Positions 61,446 to 64,000 of a DNA stretch of 64,000 nucleotides are shown here, in pieces (within the stretch, counting starts at the first letter, position 1; every line of letters starts with the position of its first letter). The stretch is from NCBI GenBank assembly GCA_035084275.1, contig CM068757.1, positions 5,890,001 through 5,954,000 on the forward strand. The letters are read 5' to 3'. The notes beneath the pieces are model-generated. The model searched no databases and was not told the origin of the DNA. It saw only the letters and a list, made by a program, of their open reading frames with translations. The translations under genes were made by a program, and so were the position numbers. This DNA comes from Hydrolagus colliei. Taxonomy: Eukaryota.

Positions 61446-63008
61446 ATGGCCCTGCAAATGGTTTCAGCCATCGTCAACGGTTCACTGATGCATCCCGGGT
61501 TCTCGCTCATGAATTTCAACGACGAAGTGTTTCTTTTTGGCCAGAAAGGATGGCCGAAAAGATCCTGCTCCTCCGGAGTCTTCCTGCTCCGCGTCAAAGG
61601 TCAAGACATGAAACTCAAAGCAGTTTCGTTCTCCAGTGACTCCTGTTACCTGCCACCACTACGTTGTCCTGCAATCACTCATTACTCAGATCCCTTGGAA
61701 TCCAAAAGCCCTCTTTACCTCATTCATGGCGGCAGAATGCCGAACAATGAGTTGTCTGATCTACTGTACCTCATGATGGTTAGCAATACCGGTAGTAAGA
61801 AAACGTTGCTCCGTTGCATTGAAAAGGATCTTAAAGGAAATGCCCCCCAAGGAAGATATGGCCACACCATTAATGTAGTTCAGAGCAAGGGACGAACCAT
61901 GTGCATCTTGGTTGGGGGTAGATATTATCGACCTCCTGGACAAAGAACCACAGAGAACTGGAACAGTGTGGTGGATTGCACACCACATGTATACATGATA
62001 GATTTGAGCACCAGCCACTGCACCTCCCACGTGCTTCCAGAGATCAATGAAGGGTTTTCATTCCACGTGTCGGTAGCCAAAAATGATACTATCTACATAT
62101 TGGGTGGTCATTCCATAGGAATGAATCACCGTCCTCCACGACTGCTTAGCCTACAGGTCGATCTGTCAGACCCACATCCGATTATCAGCTGCACAGTCCT
62201 CAACAACGGCATCTCAGTATCAAGTGCCATCGTGACCCAGGCTGGCAGCAATGAGTTTATAATTCTGGGGGGCTATGAATCGGAGACTCAGAAGCGAATG
62301 GCTTGTAACACCATCCGGCTTGAAAACGACAATATTCAGATCTTGGACAAGGAACCCCCAGCGTGGACCAGTGACCTCAGAGCCAGCAAAAGTTGGTTTG
62401 GCAGTGACATGGGAAACCGAGCGGTATTAATAGGCATTCCAGGGGAGAACAAGCCGGATATGGGTGAAGCAAATTACTTCTACATTGCAACTTTCGGACA
62501 GCCAGAGGGGAGAAGACGCATCCTTTCCAGCCAGGAATCCTTCACTGATCCAGAGGAGTCTAGCGCATTCGAGGATTCCGAAGAATTTCGCTTTGTCGTT
62601 GAAACCCATGATTATAGCGACGACGAAGTTTACTTGGATAACGGTGATGAGGAAGGTTACTGGATTAAATGCATTGTAACCTGTAGCATAAACGTCAACA
62701 CTTGGGTCCCTTACTACTCCACAGAACTCAATAAACCGGCTATGATCTTCTGCTCCAGTGGAGGAGGCGGTGGGCACTGGGTACACGCCCAGTGTATGGG
62801 TCTCTCAGAGTTAGAGCTGATACAGCTTTCTCAGGAGAAGACCAAGTACTTTTGCAATGTTCATTGTATTGAGAAAGGACTTGAAACCCCGCAGAGGAAG
62901 ATAAAGATAATGAAACGGACGCCAATGAAATCCCCGCGTAAAAAGTCGCCGGCCAGTCTGAAGAAGACGCCGATGAAGAAGAGCTTTCTGAAGAGACTAT
63001 TTGAATGA
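61446..63008 (+). CDS. RAG2: V(D)J recombination-activating protein 2, 520 aa, single coding exon
   Basis: Translation MALQMVS...PGFSLMNF...FGQKGWPKRSC..GVF, with kelch-repeat motifs (YLPPLRCPA, IHGG, GRYGHT, GGHS), an acidic hinge (FEDSEEF), a PHD finger (GYWIKC..TC...PAMIFC...HWVHAQC...YFCNVH) and a basic C-terminus ending SFLKRLFE. The ATG at 61446 (context caacaATGg) aligns with the known RAG2 N-terminus and follows a splice acceptor. Confidence 0.98.
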   Translation: MALQMVSAIVNGSLMHPGFSLMNFNDEVFLFGQKGWPKRSCSSGVFLLRVKGQDMKLKAVSFSSDSCYLPPLRCPAITHYSDPLESKSPLYLIHGGRMPNNELSDLLYLMMVSNTGSKKTLLRCIEKDLKGNAPQGRYGHTINVVQSKGRTMCILVGGRYYRPPGQRTTENWNSVVDCTPHVYMIDLSTSHCTSHVLPEINEGFSFHVSVAKNDTIYILGGHSIGMNHRPPRLLSLQVDLSDPHPIISCTVLNNGISVSSAIVTQAGSNEFIILGGYESETQKRMACNTIRLENDNIQILDKEPPAWTSDLRASKSWFGSDMGNRAVLIGIPGENKPDMGEANYFYIATFGQPEGRRRILSSQESFTDPEESSAFEDSEEFRFVVETHDYSDDEVYLDNGDEEGYWIKCIVTCSINVNTWVPYYSTELNKPAMIFCSSGGGGGHWVHAQCMGLSELELIQLSQEKTKYFCNVHCIEKGLETPQRKIKIMKRTPMKSPRKKSPASLKKTPMKKSFLKRLFE

Positions 63009-63046
63009 AATTGAGAACTCGTTCAGTGGGATGGCTTCACTTAAAA

Positions 63047-63635
63047 AATAAATCAACAGCAGAGCAAGTTTGAAAGTGATGTTTAGAATTATTTGTCGGT
63101 TTCCTGAACCCTACTTCAGCACTTAACCTGCACTCGAAATTAAACATAAGTCTATGCATTGTACATGTAGTAGGTTGTAGACAAATGGCCTGTGGATTAC
63201 TGTAAATTGGGTAATTTGCATATGACATCCCACATGTTAATGTAAACGAGAACCTTTAAATATGTGTTGTTTCATTATTTACTAAAGCAAACTGAGCATA
63301 ATTTCTAGTAAAGTCGCTGTTTAGCATAAGGAATTGGATAAGATTCTCAGGATCCAAAGAGCAATGGGATCTATTTCAATGCAATAAATCTGAAATGTTC
63401 TCTCAGTGGGAAAACAATGAAAATCATCTAACTGTAAGGTTTAATTGTTTGGGGTTTGGGCCAAATTTAGTCAGGATTATGTTGGTGCTATTGCCTTGAA
63501 TTTAGTATTGGTGCAAAATATCCAATCATTCAGTGCTAACTTTTTGAAAGAAAGTTTTTACTTTTGGTGCTGTGTGTGTTAAGATGTTGCTATTGTACTC
63601 ATGTTGTGCAAGTACTGTATTTTAAAAGAAATAAA
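63047..63635 (+). terminator. Candidate RAG2 polyadenylation signals (AATAAA at 63047, 63383, 63630)
   Basis: Hexamers seen downstream of the RAG2 stop. Which one is used cannot be told from sequence. Confidence 0.4.
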
Positions 63636-63715
63636 AGTGGCATTTCTGATCGTAAAGGTTCTCCTTTGCCTCCAGTATTTTAAACATTGAAGTGCATTTT
63701 ACAATATAGCAAACA

Positions 63716-63801
63716 AGGAAACAATGGTTTGCAGAAACTGGGATCTAGCTTCTAAAATGTTTTAGACATTAGATCCCAGTTTCTGCAAACCATTGTTTCC
63801 T
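63716..63801. repeat. Perfect 32-bp inverted repeat with a 22-nt spacer that holds a 7-bp inner stem
   Basis: aggaaacaatggtttgcagaaactgggatcta (63716-63747) is the exact reverse complement of 63770-63801. Confidence 0.95.
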
Positions 63802-64000
63802 ATGTTGTAAGATGTACCACCTTGCAAGGATGAATTCTTTTAAACTGGTTTCTATTTACAAATGTTAGTTTAAGCATTGTTTTTACAACCCTCTGACTCT
63901 TTATTAGCCGAGTGAAAGAATAATTCGATTGTTTGTTTGGAATGCTAGAATAAAAACAAGAAAATTACATTTGCATAGCACCTTTCACATCAGGAGGACG

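Noticed and set aside
9901-63222. Enrichment of the Ig octamer ATTTGCAT/ATGCAAAT across the window
   Set aside because: About eight copies, some inside LINE tails, which is close to what AT-rich composition would give.
1-64000. CRISPR arrays, rRNA genes, RAG1 coding sequence, RAG-transposon TIRs
   Set aside because: None seen. The DNA is eukaryotic, RAG1 should lie beyond the right edge, and no TIR pair flanking RAG2 could be identified.

Overview
Vertebrate genomic DNA, AT-rich, almost certainly from a cartilaginous fish (shark, ray or chimaera), judged from the RAG2 protein and the repeat families. The window covers the RAG2/IFTAP (NWC, C11orf74) part of the RAG locus. RAG2 is a single coding exon on + (61446-63008, 520 aa). 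The 569-aa ORF in the track starts 49 codons too early, inside the intron, upstream of a clear acceptor at 61437/61438. IFTAP is on the - strand with five coding exons reconstructed by eye (51331-51232, 50721-50573, 47152-47086, 38402-38269, 37385-37212; about 207 aa). One of its introns appears to need a GC donor. A CpG-rich promoter in the RAG2 intron (~60950-61200) has two divergent ZNF143 (SBS) motifs, an RFX X-box-like site and a CCAAT/GC palindrome. RAG1 is expected beyond the right edge on the - strand. I found no recognisable protein-coding gene in 1-37 kb. That region is filled with a tRNA-derived SINE, L2 and CR1 LINE 3' fragments, Deu-domain SINE remnants and Penelope-like fragments. 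The most unusual items are: (1) a tandem pair of minimal hammerhead-ribozyme motifs with a compensatory base-pair change, in a Penelope-like direct repeat (30952-31349); (2) a perfect 32-bp inverted repeat downstream of RAG2 (63716-63801); (3) candidate RAG cis-elements (58243-58454 and 32733-33158); (4) a signal-joint-like heptamer palindrome (12048-12062). All homology calls are from memory of the families, and no searches were run. Repeat boundaries are approximate (tens of bp).
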